This document shows positions 50,203 through 62,234 of a stretch of 64,000 bases of DNA, piece after piece. The position numbers were made by a program, and so were the translations under genes. The notes beneath the pieces were generated by a model that saw nothing but the letters and a program-made list of their open reading frames with translations, was not told where the DNA came from and ran no database searches. Numbering within the stretch: the first letter of the stretch is position 1; each line of letters opens with the position of its first letter. Origin of the DNA: Raja brachyura (lineage: Eukaryota); assembly GCA_963514005.1 (NCBI GenBank), contig OY740805.1, forward strand, positions 42,346,001 through 42,410,000, in the 5' to 3' direction.

Positions 50203-53134
50203 GGGATGCAAATAGCAAAAGCTAGTAGACAGAATGTGAGGCAGGAAGCAGAAAAGGGAAGCACTCGGACACAAGAGGAGAAAGAAAAAAAAGGAAATAA
50301 ACAGAGAATAAGAGATGGGGGGTTTCTTAAATGTGCATATTTTAATGCTAGGAGCATTGTAAGAAAGGTGGATGAGCTTAGAGTCTGGATAGACACCTGG
50401 AAGTATGATGTTGTGGCGATCAGTGAAACATGGTTGCAGGAGGGCTGTGATTGGAAACTAAATATTCCAGGATTTCGTTGCTTCAGGTGTGATAGAATTG
50501 GAGGGGCAAGAGGTGGAGGTGCTGCATTGCTAGTCAGGGAAGATATTACAGCAGTGCTTTGGCAGGATAGATTGGAGGGCTCATCTAGGGAGGCTATTTG
50601 GGTGGAACTTAGAAGTGGGAAAGGTGTAGCAACACTTATAGGGGTATATTATAGACCGCCAAATGGGGAACGAGAATTGGAAGAGCAAATATGTAAAGAG
50701 ATAGCAGATATTAGTAGTAAGCACAAGGTAGTGATTGTGGGAGATTTCAACTTTCCACACATAGACTGGGCAACACATTCTGTAAATGTGCTGGATGGTT
50801 TGGAGTTTGTAAAATGTGTGCAGGATAGTTTTTTGCAGCAATACATAGAGGTGCCTACTAGAGGAGGGGCAGTGCTGGACCTCCTGTTAGGAAATGAGAC
50901 GGGACAGGTGGTGGAGGTATGCGTAGGGGAGCACTTCGGGTCCAGTGATCACAATACCATTAGTTTCAATATAATTATGGAGAAGGACAGAACTGGGCCT
51001 AGGGTTGAGATTTTTGATTGGAGAAAGGCTAACTTTAACGAGATGCGAGATGATTTAAAAGGAGTGAACTGGGACATTTTGTTTGATGGGAAAGATGTAG
51101 AGGAGAAATGGAGGACATTTAAAGGCGAAATTTTAAGAGTACAAAATCTTTATGTTCCTGTTCGGTTGAAAGGAACCAGTAAAAATTGGAAAGAGCCCTG
51201 GTTTTCAAGGGAAATTGGACATCTTGTTCGGAAAAAGAGGGAGATCTACAATAATTATAGGCAGCATGAAGTAAATGAGGTGCTTGAGGAGTATAAGGAA
51301 TGTAAAAAGAATCTTAAGAAAGAAATTAGAAAAGCTAAAAGAAGATATGAGGTTGCTTTGGCAAGTAAGGTGAAAGTAAATCCAAAGGGTTTCTACAGCT
51401 ATGTTAACAGCAAAAGGATAACAAGGGATAAAATTGGTCCATTGGAGAGACCGAGTGGACAGCTATCTGCAGAGCCAAAAGAGATGGGGGAGATATTGAA
51501 CAATTTCTTTTCTTCGGTATTCACCAAGGAGAAGGATATTGAATTATGTGAGGTAAGGGAAACTAGTAGAGTAGCTATGGAAACTATGAGTTTCAAAGTA
51601 AAAGAAGTACTGGCACTTTTGAAAAATATAAAAGTGGATAAGTCTCCAGGTCCTGACAGGATATTCCCTAGGACATTGAGGGAAGTTAGTGTAGAAATAG
51701 CCGGGGCTATGACAGAAATATTTCAAATGTCATTAGAAACTGGAATAGTCCCCGAGTATTGGCGTACCGCGCATGTTGTTCCATTGTTTAAAAAGGGTTC
51801 TAAAAGTAAACCTAGCAATTATAGACCGGTTAGTTTGACTTCAGTGGTGGGCAAATTAATGGAAAAGCTACTTAGAGATAATATATATAAGTATCTGGAT
51901 AAAGAGGGTCTAATTAGGAACAGTCAACATGGATTTATGCCTGGAAGGTCATGGTTGACTAATCTTCTTGAATTTTTTGAAGAGGTTACTAGGGAAATTG
52001 ACGAGGGTAAAGCAGTGGATGTTGTCTATATGGACTTCAGTAAGGCCTTTGACAAGGTTCCTCATGGAAGGTTGGTTAAGAAGGTTCAACTGTTGGGTAT
52101 AAATGCAGGAATAGCAAGATGGATTCAACAGTGGCTGAATGGGAGAAGCCAGAGAGTAATGGTGGATGGCTGTTTGTCGGGTTGGAGGCAGGTGACTAGT
52201 GGGGTGCCTCAGGGATGTGTGTTGGGTCCTTTGTTGTTTGTCATGTACATCAATGATCTGGATGAAGGGGTGGTAAATTGGATTAGTAAGTATGCAGATG
52301 ATACCAAGATAGGGGGTGTTGTGGATAATGAAGAGGATTTCCAAAGTCTACAGAGTGATTTAGGCCAGTTGGAAAAATGGGCTGAAAGATGGCAGATGGA
52401 GTTTAATGCTGATAAATGTGAGGTGCTACACCTTGGCAGGACAAATCAAAATAGGACGTACATGGTAAACGGTAGGGAATTGAAGAATACAGTTGAACAG
52501 AGGGATCTGGGAATAACCGTGCATAGTTCCTTGAAGGTAGAATCTCATATAGATAGGGTGGTAAAGAAAGCTTTTGGTATGCTAGCCTTTATAAATCAGA
52601 GCATTGAGTATAGAAGCTGGGATGTAATGTTAAAATTGTACAAGGCATTGGTGAGACCAAATCTGGAGTATGGTGTACAATTTTGGTCGCCCAATTACAG
52701 GAAGGATGTCAACAAAATAGAGAGGGTACAGAGGAGATTTCCTAGAATGTTGCCTGGGTTTCAACAGCTAAGTTACAGAGATAGGTTGAAAAAGTTAGGT
52801 CTTTATTCTCTGGAGCACAGAAGGTTAAGGGGGGGACTTGATAGAGGTCTTTAAAATGATGAGAGGGATAGACAGAGTTAATGTGGACAAGCTTTTCCCT
52901 TTGAGAATAGGGAAGATTCAAACAAGAGGACATGACTTTAGAATTAAGGGACAGAGGTTTAGGGGTAACATGAGGGGGAACTTCTTTACTCAGAGAGTGG
53001 TAGCGGTGTGGAATGAGCTTCCAGTGGAAGTGGTGGCGGCAGGTTCGTTGGTATCATTTAAAAATAAATTGGATAGGCATATGGATGAGAAGGGTACGGA
53101 GGGTTATGGTATGAGTGCAGGCAGGTGGGACTAA
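50203..53134 (+). CDS. CR1 ORF2p (APE endonuclease plus RT), one frameshift in a G-run at ~52829-52835
   Basis: NARS, SETW, GDFN, SDH, DFSKAFD, PQG and YADD motifs; G7 here versus G6 in the sister copy at ~54295; start codon uncertain. Confidence 0.9.
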
Positions 53135-55487
53135 GGGAAAAAAGTTGTTCGGCACGGACTTGAAGGGCCGAGATGGCCTGTTTCCGTGCTGTAATTGTTA
53201 TATGGTTATATGGTTATATGGTGTGGTAACATACTGCTCCAAGTTTGGAAGCAATGTGGTGACATCGCATCTGTTAAAATCCCCAAGCAGGAAGACAGGC
53301 TGATCGCTGCTCTGATTGACAGCTCTGTTGAAACAGTCAGCAATGCGCTCCGCAGCAAATGCGTTACCAGGTCCAGGGACATACGCTAGGATAACTGTGA
53401 TCTGTGTGAATTCACGGGGAAGGTCGTGAAGCCTGATCAACACCGTCATGGTTTTGTGGTGTTTGCTGCATTCAGTCTCTCTGATAGTGAAGTTGACAGC
53501 CCACTTTGTGTTGACAGCCATGCAGAGCCCGCCCCCAATCGACTTCCGCGTCATCCTAGTGTCTCTATCAAAACGGATGATCTTAAATTCATCAATATCG
53601 ACATTGGTTATTTCTTCTGACAACCATGTCTCCGTGAAACAAAAGAGACTTGTTTGACGGTAGTCTGAGTCAAATTTAATGTGTGCGGAAAGTTCAGTTA
53701 TTTTGTTGCGTAGTGACCGCACATTGGAGAGAGTTATTGCAGGTAGTGGCAGCCTCCTACCTCGTCTCCTCATTCTGTTCCGTATTCCTCCTCTGGCTCC
53801 CCTTTTCCTACGAATGCGCTTAATGTAATGATTCCTCTGTAGCTGAGGAATCCCACTCAGGGTAGAAGGTGTCGCTTATAGGCCGGAAGCAGGCCGCAGA
53901 TCCTGCAAAGTGTCCCGTGAGTAGGTGAGCCTCTCTCCATGGCGTGTCATGGGATTTGCCGGTGTAATACATATCGCAAATACCGGCTCCAAAAAGGCGG
54001 TCAGAACACACAAACTCGCTAAATACTTGACAGTGGTAATCATACTTGCTATCGTTAAATACCGCACTTAATGACTCTTAGAAAAACACTAAACAACTCA
54101 TAAAACATGGAAACATACGGGAGCAGCGCGCCGCGAGTCGCTCACAGAGTAGCGCCCCGCCCACAGGAAGGATGTCAACAAAATAGAGAGAGTACAGAGT
54201 AGATTTGCTAGAATGTTGCCTGGGTTCCAGCAACTAAGTTACAGAGAAAGGTTGAACAAGTTAGGTCTTTATTCTTTGGAGCGCAGAAGGTTAAGGGGGG
54301 ACTTGATTGAGGTCTTTAAAATGATGAAAGGGATAGACAGAGTTGACGTGGATAAGCTTTTCCCATTGAGGGTAGGGAAGATTCAAACAAGAGGGCATGA
54401 CATGAGAATTAAGGGACAGAAGTTTAGGGGCAACATGAGGGGGAACTTCTTTACTCAGAGAGTGGTGGCTGTGTGGAATGATCTTCCTGCAGAAGTGGTG
54501 GAGGCAGGATCGATTTTAACATTTAAAAGTAAAGTGGATAGGTATATGGATGGGAAGGGAATGGAGGGGTATGGTCTGACTGCAGGTAGATGGGACTAGG
54601 GGAAAATAAATGGTCGGCACGGACTGGAAGGGCCGAGAAGGGCTGTTTCCGTGCTGTAATTGTTATATGGTTATAGTCCAAATCCTGCAATCGGGATGTA
54701 ATCGGTGAAAACAATTGTTACATGTGTATCTTGACATGGAAAGGGCTTTCCGTGTGCCGGGTCAGTGAGCAGCAGAGGACGCCAGGGCCCAGGGCCGGAT
54801 TTAGATGAACAGAGGCCCTTGGCTGTTCCACTTGTGAGGCCCCTCCCAATCCCCCACCCCCACGACTAGAGGAAGATGGTCCACCAGATTGACACCGATT
54901 TGCAGCCAAGCATTTGCAATGAGATGAGGGGCAGGAAAGCTGTGCTTTATTTATTTATTTATTGCCAGTGCTAGTGTCGAGTTATCGGCTTAAAACAATA
55001 TTTTTCTGAAATGGAGGGCAAGGAAAATTACTGAAGCGTTGTTTAGAGACTACAGTGCATTGTGACAGCATATGTAAGAAAGGCCTTTGACAGTGTCAAA
55101 AATATTATACAACTTGCAGGGCTCTCACTTTCTTTCCCTGTTGTCAGCCGTGCAACCTTGGCAGCTTTTTAAGTTGCCAAATTACAGTTTAGGTGGTCAT
55201 TTAAGACGGCTTGCATGACGCGTGCAATAATGCGCTCGGACAAAGTGCGTAGTTACTAGTCGGAATTATGCTCAATGAAGCATTCACATATTATTTCTGC
55301 TTCAAATAAAGTCACAAACTAAACATATCCAGCAATCAAGACATGATATATACCACAATGGCATGCAGCAAAATTATAATACAGTATCTCAACTCTTTTT
55401 ACACTTTGCAATTAATGCAATTTCTAATATTTCTTTCCATTTCCAAACAAAATTGTGGTTGGATTATTCAGTGGATGATCAACCTCA

Positions 55488-55985
55488 GTGAGACGAAGCG
55501 TAGGCTTGGCGATCGCTTCACACAACACCTCCACTCAGTTTGCAATAACCAACCTGATCTCCCGGTGGCTCAGCACTTCAACTCCCCCTCCCATTCAGAA
55601 TCCGACTTTTCTGTCCTGGGCCTCTTCCATGGCCAGAGTGAGGCCCACCGTAAATTGAGGAGCAGCACCTGATATTTCGCTTGGGCAGTTTACACCCCAG
55701 CGGTATGAACATTGACTTCTTCAATTTCAGGTAATCCCTGCTTTCACCTCCCCTTCCCAGCTCTCCCACAGCGCACTGTTTCCGCCTCTTCCTTTCTTCT
55801 TCCCGTCCACCCCACCCTCACATCAGTCTGAAGAAGGGTCTCGACCCAAAACGTCGCCTATTTCCTTCGCTCCATAGATGCTGAAATAAAATGAAATGCT
55901 ACCTTTATTGTCGTTCGGACCGAAAGGTCTGAACAACATTTCGTGCTGCCTCACCTGCTGAGTTTCTCCTGCATTTTTTCTACCC
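55488..55985 (+). mobile_element. Penelope-like element 3' part: GIY-YIG endonuclease remnant plus hammerhead motif (55828-55855, core G12 mutated to A)
   Basis: ETKRRLGDRFTQH...PVAQHFNSPSH, continuing after a frameshift to EQHLIFRLGSLHPSGMNIDF; then CTGAAGAAGGGTCTCGACCCAAAACGTC. Confidence 0.82.
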
Positions 55986-55989
55986 ATTC

Positions 55990-56520
55990 ACACAAGTTCC
56001 ATTATCCCACTTTGCTCACCAACACCCTGCACATTAGGGGCAATTTCACACAGACAAGTTAACCTACAAAGCCAGTGCATCTTTGGGATGTGGGAGGAAA
56101 CCCACACGCTTGCAGGGAGAATGTGCAAATTCAACACAGACAGTGCCCGAGGACAGGATCGAACACAGATCTCTGGCGTGTGAGGCAGCAAGTCTACCAG
56201 CTGTGCCACTATATTTTGTTTTCCAACACACAAAAAATTATACGTTGATAACTTTGGTTACTAAAACAATTAAAATATCAATTTTCAGTCTTATATCTCC
56301 AAGTGATGCTATGTCCCCCTTTACAGCTACTGTATGTTTTAATTAAGTTCAAGACTATGGGGCAGTATATTGGCCATAAAGTTGCTGCCTAAAAGTGCCG
56401 GAGACCCGGAATTGATCCTGAATATGGGTGCTGTCTGTACGGAGTTTGCTCCTTTTCCCTTTGATCGCATGGGTGTTCTCCGGGTGCTCTTGTTTCCTTC
56501 CACATTCCAAAGTTGTGCAC
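55990..56520. mobile_element. Two V-SINE (HE1-like) copies (- ~55990-56210, + ~56357-56520)
   Basis: V-domain and tRNA-box similarity to 8098-8270. Confidence 0.7.
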
Positions 56521-56704
56521 GAATCTTTCAGACCCAACCCAATAAGTAATATTTTCCTCTTGTCCAGACATTCTGTCTGACCCGTTGAGTTACTCCAGCT
56601 TTTTGTGTCTATCTTCAGTTTTGTGTCTATGTCCAGCATCTGCAGTTCCTTCCTACACACACAATACTATACGAGAGAACTTTATTAATCCCAGGAGGGA
56701 AATT

Positions 56705-56768
<64 letters not shown>

Positions 56769-57496
56769 TACACACACACAAACGCACGCACATATTTATA
56801 TATTCATATATAAATATACAGAGTTTTGTTTTCTCATTTATAACATTGTTTACAGAGTACTATGTTTACATATTCTGTTGTGCTGCTGCAAGTAAGGATT
56901 TCGTTGTTCTAACTGGGACGTGAGAGAATAAAACTCTCATGACTCTCGACTTAATGTGTGGGACAGAACTAGTGTATGGGTGATCGGTGGTCGGCGTGGA
57001 CTCGGTGGGCCGATGGGCTTGTTTCCATGATGTATCATTAAAGTAAACTAAAAACACTAAACCCAGAGGGAATCCAAAGAAGGGTCTCAACACGAAACGT
57101 CACACAATTTCTTCTATCCAGAGTTGCTGGCTGCTCCATGGAGATTCCCCGCACAATTAAAGCATGGAGTCCCAGAGAGGACAATGAAATTCTTGCTTGT
57201 TGCAGCACAACAGAATATGTAAACATAATACAGAACAGGAGATAAAAGTTCAGTTTGTTTATATACCATAGACCATATATGTACTCAATAAATAAACAGA
57301 TAAAATGCAATAGGCTGTTATTGTTCAGCCCCCCCACCACTTCCAGTTTAAATTCCATTTGGAATAATTATGGAGGACCAGGAAACCAGAAGCAAGAGTT
57401 ACTCCAGGGAGTTACTCCAGATCGAGGGTCAGGGAGTGATTCTGCATTGGTTTTCAGCGGTCGCGGTGAGGCTAGTAGACCACGCCCTGACTAGTA

Positions 57497-58270
57497 GCCC
57501 ACTAGTCACTGCCTGCCGTTCTGAAAATAACCCGTTTACTCCTACTCTTTGCTTCCTGTCTGCCAGCCAGTTCTCTAGCCACATACTGAATCCCCAATAC
57601 CGTGTGCTTTAAGTTTGTATACTAATCTCTTATGTGGGACCTTGTCGAAAGCCTTCTGAAAGTCCAGATATAACACATCTCCCTTATCCACCCTACTAGT
57701 TACATCCTCAAAAAGTTCCATAAGATTCGTCAGACATGATTTACCTTTCATATATCTATGTTGACTTTGTCCAACGATTTCACCACTTTCCAAATGTGCT
57801 GCAATGCCATCTTTAATAACTGACACTAGCATTTCCCACACTACCGATGTTAGACTAACTGGTCTGTAATACCCCGTTTTCTCTCTCCCTCACTTTTTAA
57901 AAAGTGGGGTTACATTAGCTACACTCCAATCCTCAGGAACTACTCCAGAATTTAAAGAGTTTTGAAAAATTATCACTAATGCATCCACTATTTCTGGGGC
58001 TACTTCCTTAAGTACTCTGGGATGAAGCCTATTTGGCCCTGGGGATTTATCGGCCTTTAATCCATTCAATTTACCTAACACCACTTCCCGGCTAACCTGG
58101 ATTTCACTCAGTTCCTTCATCTCATTTAACCCCCGGTCCCCTGCTATTTCCAACATATTATTTATGTCTTCCTTAGTGAAGAGAGAATCAAAGTGGTTAT
58201 TCAATTGGTCTGCCATGTCCTTATTCCCCATGATCAATTCACCTGTTTCTGACTGCAAGGGACCTATATT
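57497..58270 (-). mobile_element. CR1 internal fragment
   Basis: ORFs 57575-57841 and 57890-58285 match CR1 ORF2. Confidence 0.85.
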
Positions 58271-58394
58271 TATCCCACAATTCAAAGCAAGGGAGAAACT
58301 TGACCTTCCCAGTAAAATCCCAGTCTGGGGGGCAGCTTACTGACATTCCCGGCGTAAACCCTGGTGTGAACTCTATTCCTCCAGAGGAACTCAC

Positions 58395-58726
58395 CTTCAA
58401 CCTGCAGCCGCAGCGCCGCCTGGTGACTGGACGTGGGGGTGTTGATGGAACACGTGTACATTCCAGCATCTGATACTTTGACCCTCTTCAGTTTAAGCGA
58501 TGCGTTTCCACGGGGAAACTCTTCCCGAATAAGCTCCGTCCTCCCTCGGTTAGCCCCGTCCTGCACCTCAGGTCGGTCCTGGCCGCCGGTGACCCCAGGC
58601 TCGTTGTAAACCATCGGACCTCCAGGGCGTCCAGTGATGTATCCGGTACCTTCTGACATTCCAACACGGCACCTCCACCCACCATGGCCACCACCGGATA
58701 GTCTGGCACAATCACAGAGAACTCCT
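58395..58726 (-). pseudogene. Butyrophilin-like IgV exon with a 16-bp frameshifting deletion
   Basis: ttctAG|...GAAG|GTgagt; 332 nt; lacks TGGTACATTTATACAC relative to the 43-kb copy. Confidence 0.9.
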
Positions 58727-59839
58727 CTAGAAAATACAATGGTTAAGCTTCAGAATATTTGTTGAATCTTTCCTGCTGGCGATTTAAAGAAAGCAAATGA
58801 GATTCTTTTGTTATAGTTTGGAACTCTTCCAAATATCATTGGTCTGGATACATTGCTCATATGAAAGATTCAATGCATAATGAAAGCTGCTGCATATATT
58901 TTCGACCGGAAACATCACCTATCCCTCTGACTGACCCAGTGAGTTGTTCCAGCATTTTGTGTCTGCCTTCGGTATAAACTAGCCTCTGCAGTTCAATAGC
59001 CACATATTCTCGTGTACTTTCCTTTCCCACTAATTACACAGGTCAGGGGTACACAGAACACTCTGCCTTCACTCTCCCGCACACCAAGGAATTTTCACCA
59101 GTTGAAAAATGTCCTTTAAAGAAACAAAGCTGCTGCCCTTCCCCAGTCCGTGACTCCATGTAACTCCCAGATACGCAGCAAAGTTGTACACCTTGATCCA
59201 GAATCTGAAATGCCACCCCCCACCCCCCGCCCCGCCAACTTGGTTCAGAGGCAATTGGAGATGGGCATTAAATGCTGGCATTGCCAGTAATGCCATTTCA
59301 GAGTGGAAATTGTTTAAACACCGATTCACGTTTAAATGCAATTGTGATTCAAATGCAGCCACAAACACTGTACAAGAAACTTTTCTGGATTCACTTCAAA
59401 TCATTCATGACTTTGTAAACTCAATAAAGGCCTGACTTCCCCTCCACTTGAGAGTCACTTCAGTAGCAGAGCTCATAATATGAGCTGACACTTCAGTGGA
59501 GGGCTGACCCAGTGTTGTACCGTTGCAGGTGGGGTCTGGTTCAAGATACTCTGAAGTCCAGCACTTGTGGTGGAATGGAACAGCTCAGGACATTATTTAA
59601 TGAGCAAGGAGTTCTCCCAGTGTCCCGGCCAACACTCCCCCACCAAGACACAGACTCTCTGCACATGACTGTCTGTGTGACTGTAGCCGAGTACAAATGG
59701 CAGACAGGTTTGCATGGACAGTTGGATTATCTTTTCTTGAAGTCAATTTGAATCTGTTAACTGAAGATTCATGCAGGATATTGAGAGCTGGGAAACCCAG
59801 AAAATAAATGATCATCAGTGTGATGAGAGGTTTAAATAT

Positions 59840-59891
<52 letters not shown>

Positions 59892-60427
59892 TGTGTGTGT
59901 CTGTTCCCCGGTGAGGGGGACCAGTGGCTGAGGATACAGCCACGGATGGAAGCTGGCAGAGAGCACGGTTGCAGAGTGGAGGATGCAGCTTCACCTCGCT
60001 GCTGTTCCCGGCTGGAGTTACCATCAGTGTCTGGAATCTGCCCTCGCCCTGTCTGCAGTCAACCCCAGTTAAAGCTTTTTGTTTCATCTTCAGAGTCTGA
60101 GGATTGATTTCACACCAAAGTGAAACACAGCTGTGATGGCCATTCACTGGAACACTGACAACCGAGCATTGAGAAGATTGACCCAACTTTGGTAATGTTT
60201 AATTTTCTTTAGTTCAGAGATACAGCATGGTAACAGGCCCTCCGGCCCACCGAGTCGATGCTGACCATGGATCGCCCGTTCACACATGCACAATGTTACC
60301 CCAGGAGCCGCTGGAAGGTGGAAGCCCCTCGGAGAGTGCTCTGGTTTTCCACTGAAGTTACAGTGGGAATCTGGCATAAACCCGCCCGGATTTCCTGACC
60401 TGCATCTTACGCTGTTGTTTAACGTAC

Positions 60428-60550
60428 CTTTGATGCGTCTGTTTTGTTTCACGTTCCAATAAAACACAGCAACGTGGGCGGCAATGAGAAGACAAATGGT
60501 GAGGACCAGCGGCAGGACCCAGTCAGGAACTCCAGCAAGGAAGATATCAT
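60428..60550 (-). CDS. Butyrophilin-like transmembrane exon (paralog); orphaned, lying upstream of IgV
   Basis: ctgtAG|...AAG|GTacgt; 123 nt; DDIFLAGVPDWVLPLVLTICLLIAAHVAVFYWNVKQNRRIK; flanks homologous to ~6950-7240. Confidence 0.75.
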
Positions 60551-61840
60551 CTACAGAATGAAGACAGTGAATGACAGTGTCTGACACACACTCACACGCA
60601 TTCACACATCACAGCTGCCCCAGCAACCTCCAGCCATGAGTTAGTATATATATATATATCAGGATAAATATCCGTATAGATATCAGTATATATATATATA
60701 TATTATATATATATATATATGCGTGTGTATGTGTGTGTTTAGAATACATACATATATATATCAGCATGTCTGTGTGTACAATATAGATACATATACTGGC
60801 TGTGATGTCTTGGTACGATATGTAATATACATATAATGTCAATGCCAGTGCCTGTAATGTCTGTAAAGTGAAGAGGGTGATGTGATGTCTTTGTAATGTT
60901 ATATATATATATAATATAAATATTATAATTTATATTATATTATGTTAATATATATATATTGTGTAATCTAAAATGGAAACTCGTGCCTGAGGTCAAGATA
61001 AAAAGCAGTGTTTGCAGAATAAACAGTCTCTTACTCTTACTCGGTGTCTTTCTTTGTGCTACTCACAACAGAGCCTTACCTCATCAGCAACCTTTACATT
61101 GGTGTAGATAGACTATATTGTACACACACAGACATCCTGACATATACTGTTATATATATATATATATATATACCAGGCACGTGCCGTGAGTAATTACTCA
61201 GGGTAGGCAGTCAGCCGGCTTTCAAAAAAAAATCTTAAAACCGCGCATGCGCAGATTGTTCTCTTCGTAAACAATAAAAAATAAGTGACAATTCAATTTT
61301 CCCAAGGGTTCTAAATCTCCTTTATTTTTTAATTACTGAATGGGTGGGGGACGGAGGATGAAGGCAGGTGGAGAGATGGTGGGAAAAACGGGAGCACATC
61401 GGGACGTTGAATCAGTTGTCATCTTATGGAATGACAATACTAATTCAAGGGTCCAATTGGAGTGGGAGTTCCTTTCACACCGTGTGGGGAGCCTGCGGCA
61501 GGGGTTAAATATGCGAGAAGGGAGAGGTTTTGAGAAGGAGGGGGACAGAGATCATATCAAACTCACTCACCGCTGCCGCAGCGCTCCGGGCAAGGACAGC
61601 AGAACTGGCCGCCACTTCCGGGGATAGAAGCAGCTCGGGTGCGAACGGCCACCGGGACCCAACACCAGAACCGGCTGCTCTTCAGCGCCTTCTGATCACC
61701 TCAGGCAGTGCTCTTCGTCTGAACATCTCTCACCTGCCGTGTTAAAGAAGGAACTGCAGATGCTGGAGAATCGAGGGTTACACAAAAAGCTGGAGAAACT
61801 CAGCGGGTGCAGCAGCATCTAAGGGGCGAAGGAGATAGGC

Positions 61841-61868
61841 GACGTTTCGGGTTGAGACCCTTCTTCAG
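61841..61868 (-). ncRNA. Minimal hammerhead ribozyme motif
   Basis: Minus strand CTGAAGA-A-GGGT-CTCA-ACCC-GAAAC-GTC. Confidence 0.65.
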
Positions 61869-62107
61869 ACTGAGTCTGAACATCTCTCACCTGCCGCTCG
61901 CCGGCCGGCTTCCCGCAAATCTTTAAATTCCAACAGCGCGTTCACGGGTCCAGTTTAGGTTACTTGGCTGTGGGAATTTAAGGATTTGCGGGGCGCAGTT
62001 GACATGAGCGAAGCCGGCGAACGGCAGGTGAGAGATGGGGGTTACACAAAAAGCTGGAGAAACTCAGCTGCAGGTTCAGCAGCATCTAAGGGGCGAAGGA
62101 GATAGGC

Positions 62108-62135
62108 GACGTTTCGGGTTGAGACCCTTCTTCAG
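62108..62135 (-). ncRNA. Minimal hammerhead ribozyme motif (tandem partner, 267 nt away)
   Basis: Core identical to 61841-61868. Confidence 0.65.
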
Positions 62136-62206
62136 ACTGAGTCGGAATTTAAAGATTTGCGGGAAGCCGGCCGGCGAGCGGCAGGTGAGAGATGTTCAGA
62201 CTAAGT

Positions 62207-62234
62207 CTGAAGAAGGGTCTCGACCCGAAATGTC
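62207..62234 (+). ncRNA. Minimal hammerhead motif, opposite strand
   Basis: CTGAAGA-A-GGGTC-TC-GACCC-GAAAT-GTC; C-to-T change in stem III. Confidence 0.5.

Larger units (their letters stand above)
47249..53219 (+). mobile_element. Full-length young CR1 LINE
   Basis: TSD GGTGTG (47243-47248 and 53220-53225); 5' arrays, ORF1, ORF2 and a (TTATATGG)n tail. Confidence 0.93.
44914..54164 (-). mobile_element. Near full-length Rex1/Babar LINE split by a full-length CR1
   Basis: APE (NVRSL, ETWL, GDFN) at 53226-53773 joins in frame (EQYVTTP|TRLDRTLD) to the RT ORF 45658-47217; (TTCAGA)n tail at 44914; AGG duplicated. Confidence 0.88.
43993..54674 (+). mobile_element. 5'-truncated CR1 (43993-44913 plus 54165-54674) inserted in the IgC exon and split by nested LINEs
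   Basis: RT ORF 43956-44738; the frame WSPNYR|KDVNK resumes at 54165; short AGTC duplication at 43989-43992 and 54675-54678; 5' fold-back AGGTTTATTCTT-CA-AAGAATAAACCT. Confidence 0.88.

Noticed and set aside
59099-59160. Possible leader exon for the 58-kb IgV (MESRTGEGQQLCFFKGHFST)
   Set aside because: Not hydrophobic like a signal peptide, and the donor (GTGAAA) is weak.
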